Assembly: GCA_046538155.1 (NCBI GenBank)
Contig: JBKHJL010000016.1
Coordinates: 1-23,039, forward strand
Direction: 5' to 3'
DNA length: 23,039 bases
Origin: Candidatus Micrarchaeia archaeon
Lineage (GTDB): Archaea; Micrarchaeota; Micrarchaeia; Anstonellales; Bilamarchaeaceae
The notes under the pieces were generated by a model. It did no database searches. It had not been told where the DNA came from and saw nothing but the letters and a program-made list of their open reading frames with translations. The position numbers and the translations under genes are program-made. Shown one piece after another: positions 8,688 through 16,563 of the stretch; position 1 is the stretch's first letter; the number at the start of each line of letters is the position of its first letter.

Positions 8688-8778
8688 TTTCCCTGTTCCT
8701 GGTTTTGGGATATATTAAAAAAGTTATCCGTTTAGATTTCTGATTAAGCAAACACAGCGAAGGCATTAGGTGAGCAAT

Positions 8779-9099
8779 ATGACAGAAGAAACAGCTGAAA
8801 AACCGGCAGAAACAAAAAAAGACGTAAAAAAGGACGAAAACACTGTTTTCGTGGGGAAGAAAGGCGTGATGGGATACGTGCTTGCGGTTGTAACGCAGTT
8901 CAACAACGGCGCCCCGTCCGTGCTGATAAAAGCGAGGGGAAAGCTCATCTCCAGGGCAGTGGATGTCGCGGAGATTGTGAGGAACCGCTTCCTCCCTGAA
9001 ATAAAAGTGGAGGACATAACCATCAAGACAGAAGAACTTACTTCTGAAGATGGAAGCATGAGCAAGGTATCCGCAATAGAGATTACCCTTGCAAAATAA
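8779..9099 (+). CDS. albA: DNA/RNA-binding protein Alba
   Basis: [37 protein letters not shown] and VSAIEITL are Alba signatures. An AGGTGAG RBS precedes ATG 8779. Confidence 0.97.
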   Translation: MTEETAEKPAETKKDVKKDENTVFVGKKGVMGYVLAVVTQFNNGAPSVLIKARGKLISRAVDVAEIVRNRFLPEIKVEDITIKTEELTSEDGSMSKVSAIEITLAK

Positions 9100-9107
9100 G
9101 CAGAACA

Positions 9108-9145
9108 ATGCGGGCAGGAATTGCCCGCATACTTTTCTATTTTTC
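9108..9145 (+). terminator. Hairpin plus T-rich tract after albA
   Basis: ATGCGGGCA-ggaat-TGCCCGCAT is a perfect 9-bp stem (9108-9130), followed by ACTTTTCTATTTTTC. Confidence 0.55.
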
Positions 9146-9217
9146 TGGGTTCACCCGGAATGCGTTAGCGTTAAAATAACTGCAGGACCATTAATCCACA
9201 AATGGTGGATGCTCATG

Positions 9218-10504
9218 ATGAGAACAGACTATGCAGAGAATGCCATGAAAAAGGCAGGGCAGGAAGTTACCGTTGCCGGCTGGGTCCATGAAATAAGGGA
9301 CCTTGGAAAGCTGATTTTCATACAGCTCAGGGACAAGAGCGGAAAAATACAGGTAACAGCAAAAAAAGGAAACGTTCCTGAAGAAGTGCTTGAAAAGATG
9401 AAGAGGCACAAGGAAGACGTGATTTCAGTAAAGGGCACGGTTACGGAAAACAAGGTGGCGCCCGGAGGATTTGAGATAGTCCCTTCCGTAATAGAAGTGC
9501 TCGGGGTTGTTGAAAAAAAACTCCCCATAGACCCCACAGGGGTTGTTGACTCGGACATGGATACCCGGCTTAACTTCAGATACCTGGACCTGCGGAGGCC
9601 TGAGGTGGGGGCAATCTTCAGGATTAAAGCTGCAATCATACAGGAATTCAGGAAAAAAACAGTGGAAATGGGTTTCCAGGAAATCCACCCAACCCATATC
9701 GTGGCCGCGGCAACCGAGGGAGGAACTGAAGTGTTTCCAGTGGAATACTTTGAGCAGAAGGCATTTTTGGCGCAGTCGCCCCAACTGTATAAACAGCTTG
9801 CAGTGGTTGGGGGGATAGACAAGGTGATGATTACATCTCCTGTGTGGAGGGCGGAAAAGCACCACACCACCACCCATTTGAACGAAGTAATCCAGATGGA
9901 TGTGGAAATGGGTTTTGCAGACGATAATGACGCGATGGAGCTGCTGTCTGAAGTATCCCTCTCTGTGCTGAAAAAGGTGGCGGAAATGGAAGAAGAGCTT
10001 GCTCTGCTCAAGACCGAAATTGAAGTCCCATCAGAAGTAAAGAGATACACCTACACAGAAATTCTGGACAAGCTGAATTCAGAAGGGGAATCCCTGGAAT
10101 GGGGGGAAGACTTCTCCAAGGAGCAGGAAAAAAAGATTTATGAAGTGCTTGGGGAAGAGCTGGTGATAATACACGACTGGCCTACGGAAAGCAGGGCATT
10201 TTACTCCATGCCACGGGAAGATAAGCCAGAAGTGTGCAAGGCATATGACTTGTTGTACCGGGGACTGGAAATTTCCAGCGGCGCACAGCGTATCCATATT
10301 CCGGAACTTCTTGAGGAACAACTCAGGAAACGCGGCCTTGATCCGCTAAAATTCCAGTTCTATGTGGATGCATTCAGGGTTGGGGCGCCTCCGCACGCAG
10401 GGTGGAGCATCGGGCTGGAGAGAATCACCATGAAGGCCACCGGGATGCACAATATCCGGGAATGCATGATGTTTCCAAGGGACAGGACGAGGGTTCATCC
10501 CTAA
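9218..10504 (+). CDS. aspS: Aspartate--tRNA(Asp/Asn) ligase, archaeal non-discriminating type
   Basis: GWVHEIRDLGKLIFIQLRD OB fold, RLNFRYLDLR, AATEGG, FLAQSPQLYKQ, motif 2 WRAE, EISSGAQRIH, motif 3 PPHAGWSIGLER, FPRD. Start at ATG 9215 or 9218 after GGTGG, not at 9089. Confidence 0.97.
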   Translation: MRTDYAENAMKKAGQEVTVAGWVHEIRDLGKLIFIQLRDKSGKIQVTAKKGNVPEEVLEKMKRHKEDVISVKGTVTENKVAPGGFEIVPSVIEVLGVVEKKLPIDPTGVVDSDMDTRLNFRYLDLRRPEVGAIFRIKAAIIQEFRKKTVEMGFQEIHPTHIVAAATEGGTEVFPVEYFEQKAFLAQSPQLYKQLAVVGGIDKVMITSPVWRAEKHHTTTHLNEVIQMDVEMGFADDNDAMELLSEVSLSVLKKVAEMEEELALLKTEIEVPSEVKRYTYTEILDKLNSEGESLEWGEDFSKEQEKKIYEVLGEELVIIHDWPTESRAFYSMPREDKPEVCKAYDLLYRGLEISSGAQRIHIPELLEEQLRKRGLDPLKFQFYVDAFRVGAPPHAGWSIGLERITMKATGMHNIRECMMFPRDRTRVHP

Positions 10505-10559
10505 AAGAGTGTGGTTTTTTAAAGGTAATTGTGGTTAAATAATATAAGAGGTAATCAAT

Positions 10560-10994
10560 ATGGCAAAGGCGACACACAGTAGACTTCACATCACCGAAAG
10601 AACCGAAGGCAAAAAAATGAGGGGAATACTTCCCCCTGAGAAAGCAGAAAAGAAGAAAGTGCTCATAGTTGACGATGAATACCTTAACCGGACAGCAATA
10701 TCCCGGCTCCTTAAATCAAGGGGAATGCAGGTGCACACCGCAGAAACTGCACAAAAGGCACTTGAGCTTCTGGGCAAATATAAATTCGATGTGATTGTGC
10801 TTGATTTTGACATGCCGGATATGAACGGGCTAGAACTTTTCCGGGAGATGGAGGAACCCCAGAGAAAAAATACTGTTTTTTACACAAGCAACGAGAATGA
10901 TTTAAGGGAAATAGAAAAAACAGGGAGGCCCAGGGTAGGTAAAGAGCCGGAGCTGCTTGTTCTGGAAATAGAAAAAGTGGGCAAAAAAAGTTAA
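10560..10994 (+). CDS. Single-domain response regulator (CheY-like receiver) with a basic N-terminal extension
   Basis: VLIVDDE, DVIVLDFDMPDMNG (phospho-Asp), VFYTS and K-E-P. A GAGGT RBS lies before ATG 10560. Confidence 0.92.
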   Translation: MAKATHSRLHITERTEGKKMRGILPPEKAEKKKVLIVDDEYLNRTAISRLLKSRGMQVHTAETAQKALELLGKYKFDVIVLDFDMPDMNGLELFREMEEPQRKNTVFYTSNENDLREIEKTGRPRVGKEPELLVLEIEKVGKKS

Positions 10995-12134
10995 CTAAAA
11001 AAGCAGAAATAATGTGGGCACAATTATTGCGCCCATAAGCATTGTTCTTTCCACATTCATCCTTATGCACAAATATCCAAGGGCGGTTGCCACAAAAAAC
11101 AGCATCAGCCCGGGAAGAGAATCAATCAGGAACACTATTATGGTTAAATAGATGGCAAGCATGGTGTTCATTATGCTGAAATTTATTTTTGAAATCTCTC
11201 CTATCCTGCCCCTGAACAAGTAAACCAGGATGCATGCAAATACTACCCCCAGTATGAATATGGACAAATAAGGGAGGAGCGCATCCTGGATTGGGGTTAT
11301 TGAAGAAGCTTCTGCAATTGCCCCTATCCTTGCCTTGTCTATTGTGGAAGCTGTGGAGAAGGCAAATACGGATTCGCTTACTCCTATGGATGCGATTGTT
11401 GCGAGATAAGCGGCTCCTGCAAAAGGAACCAGGATTGAGGCAAATGCTGCAACCTGGGCCGGGGAACTTATTCCGGGGAGCAGGTCTGCAAACCACCCAA
11501 GAGCCACACCCAATGCTGCAAACTTGAGCAGGGAAAAATCTATTTTTTGGGGGAGCTTCTGGGCCGGGAGCTTTGCATTTGAGTAGGTGAATATTGCGGC
11601 CATTGCAAACATCCCCGTGAATAATGGGAGGAAAGGGTCCGGGAGGCTGAGAGAGAACGCCTGCTTTCCGATTACTCCTGCCAGTATGAAGATCAGCAGT
11701 GCACCTATCGGGTTTCTGCTCCTCAGGACCAGGATTGCAGAAGCAATAAGAAGTATATGGAGGAGATAGGGCTGGATTGCAGGGAAAACGATTGGGTAAA
11801 GTGCTTGCGAAATTGGAAAGAGGGTTATGCAGATTATTACTGCGAATATTGCCGAAACCACCATTACTGTAAGGGCCTTGAGGCCTTCCCCCTTCATCGC
11901 CATGCGGTGGCCCGGCAGGACCGAAAGCACTACTGTTGAATCCGGGATTCCAAGGAAGATTGAGGGGATGAATGCTATTATGGAGTGGACTGCAAACATT
12001 GCAACTATCATGAAAGGCAGGTCAGGCGATTCAATATTAAGGGAAAGGAGGACAGAAGTGAGGGTATTGGGATGCAGCCCGGGGATTAAGCCGGTAAAAA
12101 GTCCAAGGACCAGGGCTAGAATTATAAGTAGCAT
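10995..12134 (-). CDS. TctA-family (tripartite tricarboxylate transporter permease, archaeal DUF112-type) membrane protein
   Basis: Highly hydrophobic. GLIPGLHPN, FIPSIFLGIPD and SVLPGH motifs, with the internal repeat LLPGISS. Start at ATG 12134 or GTG 12143. Confidence 0.85.
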   Translation of the reverse strand: MLLIILALVLGLFTGLIPGLHPNTLTSVLLSLNIESPDLPFMIVAMFAVHSIIAFIPSIFLGIPDSTVVLSVLPGHRMAMKGEGLKALTVMVVSAIFAVIICITLFPISQALYPIVFPAIQPYLLHILLIASAILVLRSRNPIGALLIFILAGVIGKQAFSLSLPDPFLPLFTGMFAMAAIFTYSNAKLPAQKLPQKIDFSLLKFAALGVALGWFADLLPGISSPAQVAAFASILVPFAGAAYLATIASIGVSESVFAFSTASTIDKARIGAIAEASSITPIQDALLPYLSIFILGVVFACILVYLFRGRIGEISKINFSIMNTMLAIYLTIIVFLIDSLPGLMLFFVATALGYLCIRMNVERTMLMGAIIVPTLFLLF

Positions 12135-12237
12135 TCCTATCACTGGAAGAAAAATACATTATGAAAAAGAAGCCTTATAAGCCTGCTTTATCCGGGGTTT
12201 TTTAATTTATATGATGAAGTTGGGTGAAGGTGGGAAT

Positions 12238-13161
12238 ATGGACCTGAAAGGAAGAAACTTTTTGACCCTCTTAGACTACAGCAAAGAGGAACTGGAATAT
12301 CTTTTGGATGTTGCACTCAGGATGAAGAAAGGCGAGGTTTCTAAGAAGCTCCAGGGAAAAACCCTGGCAATGCTTTTCCAGAAATCATCTACCCGCACCC
12401 GCATGAGCTTTGAGGCCGGTATGACAAGGCTTGGTGGGGCAGGAATGTTCCTGGATATTAAAAATACTCAGCTGGGGAGGGGAGAGACGATTGAGGACAC
12501 TGCGAAAACCATGAGCAGGTACGTGGAGGGGATTATGGCAAGGCTCAATGACCACAAGGACATTGAGGGATTGGGGGCGAATGCAACTGTCCCTGTGATT
12601 AATGCGCTCACGGATATGTACCACCCCTGCCAGACAATGGCGGATATGCTTACGGTAATGGAGAAAAAAGGCAAGGTTGAAGGACTTAAGGTTGTATATG
12701 TAGGAGACTGCGGCTTCAACATGTTCCACTCAACCATGATTGGGTTCTCCAAGCTTGGGGCAAACGTGGTTGGACTCTGCCCGGACAAGGAAGAATACAA
12801 GCCCAGGCCTGAGATGCTTGAGAAGGCCAAAGCGCAGGCTACCGGAAGCATCCAGGTAATGCATGACCCTGTGGAAGCAATAAAGGATGCGGATGTTGTG
12901 TATACTGATGTATGGGTGAGCATGGGGCAGGATGAAGAAAAAGCCAAGAGGCTTGCGGACTTCTCCGGGTTCCAGGTAAATGGGGAACTCATGGGGCACG
13001 CGAAGCCTGATGCAATCTTCATGCACTGCCTGCCTGCGCACCGCGGGGAAGAGGTTGCTGCTGAAGTAATAGACAGCGAGAAATCCGTTGTGTTCGATGA
13101 GGCTGAGAACAGGCTCTGGGCACAGAATGCGATTCTTGTTGAGTTGATTGGGGAAGATTAA
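12238..13161 (+). CDS. argF: Ornithine carbamoyltransferase
   Basis: STRTR carbamoyl-phosphate motif, HPCQ, DVWVSMG, HCLPAHRG and EAENR. An AGGTGGG RBS precedes ATG 12238. Confidence 0.97.
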   Translation: MDLKGRNFLTLLDYSKEELEYLLDVALRMKKGEVSKKLQGKTLAMLFQKSSTRTRMSFEAGMTRLGGAGMFLDIKNTQLGRGETIEDTAKTMSRYVEGIMARLNDHKDIEGLGANATVPVINALTDMYHPCQTMADMLTVMEKKGKVEGLKVVYVGDCGFNMFHSTMIGFSKLGANVVGLCPDKEEYKPRPEMLEKAKAQATGSIQVMHDPVEAIKDADVVYTDVWVSMGQDEEKAKRLADFSGFQVNGELMGHAKPDAIFMHCLPAHRGEEVAAEVIDSEKSVVFDEAENRLWAQNAILVELIGED

Positions 13162-13168
13162 TCCCCAA

Positions 13169-13184
13169 TTTCTTTTTATTTATT
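13169..13184 (+). terminator. Oligo-T tract after argF (may double as the argS promoter region)
   Basis: TTTCTTTTTATTTATT lies a few bases after the stop codon. Confidence 0.4.
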
Positions 13185-13203
13185 CTCTTATAAACTGCTT
13201 CTC

Positions 13204-15021
13204 ATGTTAAGGAATGCGAAAGGGCAGATTGCGAAAATCATTTCAGATGCAACAGGGGAAGAGAAAGAAACATGCATGAAAACCCTGGAGATGGCAGAAG
13301 AGGGAAAGGGGGACATTGCAAGCAAAATAGGATTTATTCTGGCTAAAAAAAGGAAGATGAGTCCTGTGCAGGTTGCGCAGGAAGTTGTGGAAAAGCTTGA
13401 GCCGCATGAGTGGGTGGAAAAATCCGAGGCAGCCGGGCCCTACCTGAACTTCTTCCTGAGCAACGCATTCTATCAGGAGGCGGTAAGGAAAATAAATGCG
13501 CGGGGAGTTGCTTACGGCAGGGGAAATGCAGGGCGGAGAACGATTGTGGAATCCCCATCTGTAAATCCGAACAAGCCCTGGCATATCGGGCACCTGCGGA
13601 ATGCACTTCTGGGGGATGCATCGGCAAATATCCTGGAATTCCACGGAGATAAGGTGCAGAGGATGGATTATATTGATGATTTGGGGCTGCAGGTGGCGCA
13701 GAGCCTGTGGGGCTACCTGAATCTGGACAGGGAAATAGAAGGAAAGCGGGACCACTGGATAGGGAAAGAATACGTGAAAGTAGCGGAAAAAGTTGCAAGA
13801 GAGCCGCTTGTAAAAAAATCAGTAGAAGGAATCCTCAAAGAGATGGAAAACGGGGGAAACGAAACAGCAAAAAAAGCAAGGTGGCTTGCAGAGGAATGCG
13901 TAAAGGCGCAGTACAAAACTGCATTTGAATATGGAATATACCATGATGTATTGGTATGCGAAAGCGACATTATGAGCGAAATATTCAGCGAGGGGATGGA
14001 AAGCCTGAAGAGCAGCGGCGCGGTGGAGCATGAAAAGAGCGGAAAAAATGAAGGGTGCTGGGTTGCAAGGATGTCCGGAAAAATGAGGGGGATGACCGAG
14101 CCGGACAAGATACTCATAAGGAGCAACGGAACTGCAACATACACAGGAAAAGACGTAATCTTTCATTTATGGAAATTCGGGAAACTAAAGGGAGATTTCA
14201 GGTATGGTGAATTTGTGTTGCAGCCAAACGGGGAAAAGGCATACATAAGCAAAGAAGAAGGAATTGAAAAAGAGTATGGAAATGCAGAAGTTGTGGTAAA
14301 CATAATAGGTGTAGAGCAGAAATATCCACAGGAAGTTGTCAGGCACCTGCTGGACCTGCTCGGGTATGAGAAAGAGGCAAAAAACTTCATCCACCTTTCC
14401 TATGAGCACGCCTGGCTCCCGGAAGAAAAATTCTCCGGAAGAAAAGGGACCTGGCTGGGGTACACCGCAGACGAACTGCTGGAAGAGGGAAAGAAAAGGG
14501 CCCTGGACAAGGTAAAAACAGAACTCACGAATGAGGAAAGGGAAGAGATTGCCGGGCAGGTCGCAGTTGGGGCAATAAGGTATGCATTCCTCAGGATTGC
14601 TCCGGAAAAAAAGCTGGTTTTCAAGTGGGATGAAGTGCTGAGCCTTGAAGGGGATTCCGGACCCTATCTGCAATATGCCTGCGTAAGGGCAAAGAGAATA
14701 CTGGAAAAAGCAGGGATAGAAAGGGAGCCGGAGCCACCATTAAAATACGAATTCAACGAATCCGAAAAAAAGCTGATAAAAGAGTTAGCAGAATTTCCTC
14801 TGGTGGCAGGGCAGGCTTCGGAAAAGCTGCGGCCCCATCTGATTGCAGGATACATTTACAGGCTTGCCAACACATTCAGCAAATTCTATACAACCAGCTC
14901 CGTGCTAAAGGCAGAAACTGAAAACAAAAAGGAGATGCGGCTTGCAATGGTTGCTGCATTCAGGGATGTGCTTTCAATAGGTCTGGGAATACTTGGAGTG
15001 CCCGTCCCAAACAAGATGTAA
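13204..15021 (+). CDS. argS: Arginine--tRNA ligase
   Basis: GPYLNF, SVNPNKPWHIGHLRN (HIGH), RSNGTATY, KFSGRKG (KMSKS-like), EGDSGPYLQYACVR and a DALR-type C-terminus ending PNKM. Confidence 0.98.
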   Translation: MLRNAKGQIAKIISDATGEEKETCMKTLEMAEEGKGDIASKIGFILAKKRKMSPVQVAQEVVEKLEPHEWVEKSEAAGPYLNFFLSNAFYQEAVRKINARGVAYGRGNAGRRTIVESPSVNPNKPWHIGHLRNALLGDASANILEFHGDKVQRMDYIDDLGLQVAQSLWGYLNLDREIEGKRDHWIGKEYVKVAEKVAREPLVKKSVEGILKEMENGGNETAKKARWLAEECVKAQYKTAFEYGIYHDVLVCESDIMSEIFSEGMESLKSSGAVEHEKSGKNEGCWVARMSGKMRGMTEPDKILIRSNGTATYTGKDVIFHLWKFGKLKGDFRYGEFVLQPNGEKAYISKEEGIEKEYGNAEVVVNIIGVEQKYPQEVVRHLLDLLGYEKEAKNFIHLSYEHAWLPEEKFSGRKGTWLGYTADELLEEGKKRALDKVKTELTNEEREEIAGQVAVGAIRYAFLRIAPEKKLVFKWDEVLSLEGDSGPYLQYACVRAKRILEKAGIEREPEPPLKYEFNESEKKLIKELAEFPLVAGQASEKLRPHLIAGYIYRLANTFSKFYTTSSVLKAETENKKEMRLAMVAAFRDVLSIGLGILGVPVPNKM

Positions 15022-15027
15022 AGGGCC

Positions 15028-15768
15028 TTAACTCTTCACGTACTTCAGGGCTTCTTCAAAATCCATGGAAAACCCGCTGCGGGAAAAATAATTCAGTATA
15101 TTGCGGATATCCCGCTCAAGGTATTTTTCAGAATTGGGGTGGGAAAGAACCACACCCTGACCAAAATCTATAAGGTATGGCTTTGGCCCCACAAGAACAT
15201 TGTACTCGCTTAAATCTGCGTGCACCAGCCCTTTCCTGTACATCTTCTGAACATCATGGAGTATGCTCCTGAGCTGGGAAAGCGAGGAGGGTCCGACAAG
15301 GTGAAGGGGGCTGTAGGGGAGACCTTTCTCCCCAAGAAACTCCATAACCAGTATGTTTTTCTCCTGGAGGATTGGGCGCGGGGCATGCACTCCTGCCTTC
15401 TCGCAAATCTGGAGATTCTTGAACTCCTTCTGTGTAAATGCATAAACAAAATCGCGCTCGCTCCTGCGGAATTTCCTGAAACGGGGGTCCCCCTCAAGAT
15501 ACTCTTTCCTTCGCATAAAACGGGTTGTCTCAATCTTGTATATTTTGAGTGCAAGGTAGGAGCCTGAAGAGGTAGTTGCGCGGAAAACGTTTGCCTCTTT
15601 TCCGGTAGAAACAGGATAATCAATGGAATCAATAATGCCTTTCTCCATCAGCTTGGAAAGGGTTAGGAGGACTCCGCGGTCAAACACCTCGTTCTCCAGC
15701 TTGAAATACTCCTTCATGAGAAAATCATCGCGGGAAGGCCTCTTCCGTTTTGAAACCTTCCTTGCCAT
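15028..15768 (-). CDS. rio1: RIO1-family serine protein kinase/ATPase
   Basis: STGKEANVF, ALKIY, KEFKNL, LVMEF, LVHADLSEYNVL and IDFGQ motifs. Lies directly downstream of aIF-1A. Confidence 0.96.
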   Translation of the reverse strand: MARKVSKRKRPSRDDFLMKEYFKLENEVFDRGVLLTLSKLMEKGIIDSIDYPVSTGKEANVFRATTSSGSYLALKIYKIETTRFMRRKEYLEGDPRFRKFRRSERDFVYAFTQKEFKNLQICEKAGVHAPRPILQEKNILVMEFLGEKGLPYSPLHLVGPSSLSQLRSILHDVQKMYRKGLVHADLSEYNVLVGPKPYLIDFGQGVVLSHPNSEKYLERDIRNILNYFSRSGFSMDFEEALKYVKS

Positions 15769-16110
15769 CTACCCAACCTTCAGGTAGCCCTTCTCCTTCA
15801 GCCACTTCTTTTCGTTAGGCCGGTATCTCCATACAACATCTGCTTTCTTATCCCCCTCTATACTCCAGGGCTTGACTGCAACTGCGTCCCCTTCCCTTAC
15901 CCAGACTCTTTTTCGCATCTTTCCGGGAATCCGGCCCATCCGCTCCTTTCCGTCATTGCAGAGAATCATCATGCGGCCGGAGCCGAGTATTGCGATAACC
16001 TGGCCAAGAATCTCTCCCTGTTTTGGGAGGCGTACTCTAACTATTGCAGGTGCTTCCCCTTTCTTGAATGGTTTTTTCCTGCCTCTTCCTGAACCTTTCC
16101 TTGCTGCCAT
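15769..16110 (-). CDS. eif1a: Translation initiation factor aIF-1A
   Basis: RVRLP..GEILG, CNDGKERMGRIPGKMRKRVWVREGD, KADVVWRY. Confidence 0.97.
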   Translation of the reverse strand: MAARKGSGRGRKKPFKKGEAPAIVRVRLPKQGEILGQVIAILGSGRMMILCNDGKERMGRIPGKMRKRVWVREGDAVAVKPWSIEGDKKADVVWRYRPNEKKWLKEKGYLKVG

Positions 16111-16511
16111 TATTTCACCGAAGTCCTTGCACCACAGGCTTCACAAACAAGCACTCTGGAGCGATGTCCTGTTGCTTCTATATGTGTATCTGGCTTTCCG
16201 CACTGTGAACAAATCACGTAGTTCTTTACATATTCATTGAATTTTTTGTTAAGGAGCTCAGAATTAATCTTCCTGTGCAAAATGAGGCGGTCTCCCTCAA
16301 CCGTGGCGGGAACCGCAAACTCCCTGGTCAGGAACTTGAGCACCTCCTCAGGCTTCCTCCGTATTTTCTGGAGCACCTGGGAAAAATTCTTTATTATTGT
16401 TTTGTTGCCTTCTGCAAATGCCTCCAGCTTTGGGGGCTCAAATCTCTCGCTCCCTGCTGACTCATCAGGAAGTTCATTATAGGCTGTTTCTAAAAGAGAA
16501 TCGTAATCCAT
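16110..16511 (-). CDS. eif2b: Translation initiation factor aIF-2 subunit beta
   Basis: YDSLLETAY, ERFEPP, GNKTIIKNF and the zinc ribbon CSQCGKPDT...CEACGA. A GGTGA RBS precedes ATG 16511. The stop overlaps the aIF-1A start (TAATG). Confidence 0.96.
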   Translation of the reverse strand: MDYDSLLETAYNELPDESAGSERFEPPKLEAFAEGNKTIIKNFSQVLQKIRRKPEEVLKFLTREFAVPATVEGDRLILHRKINSELLNKKFNEYVKNYVICSQCGKPDTHIEATGHRSRVLVCEACGARTSVK

Positions 16512-16550
16512 CTGTTCACCATTTATTGGAAAGGATATGGAGGAGGAAAC

Positions 16551-16559
16551 TTTATAAAA
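16551..16559 (-). promoter_or_regulatory. TATA box for the aIF-2beta / aIF-1A / rio1 unit
   Basis: TTTTATAAA on the minus strand, about 40 nt upstream of ATG 16511 and just past the ahcY stop. Confidence 0.6.
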
Positions 16560-16563
16560 CAAC

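Noticed and set aside
9100..9200. Possible tRNA in the albA-aspS gap
   Set aside because: Only two isolated hairpins are present, with no cloverleaf, no T-loop GTTCRA and no acceptor stem.
9089..9214. N-terminal extension of AspRS given by the ORF track
   Set aside because: It overlaps the albA end and the hairpins. Homology starts at MRTDY, and an RBS precedes ATG 9215/9218.
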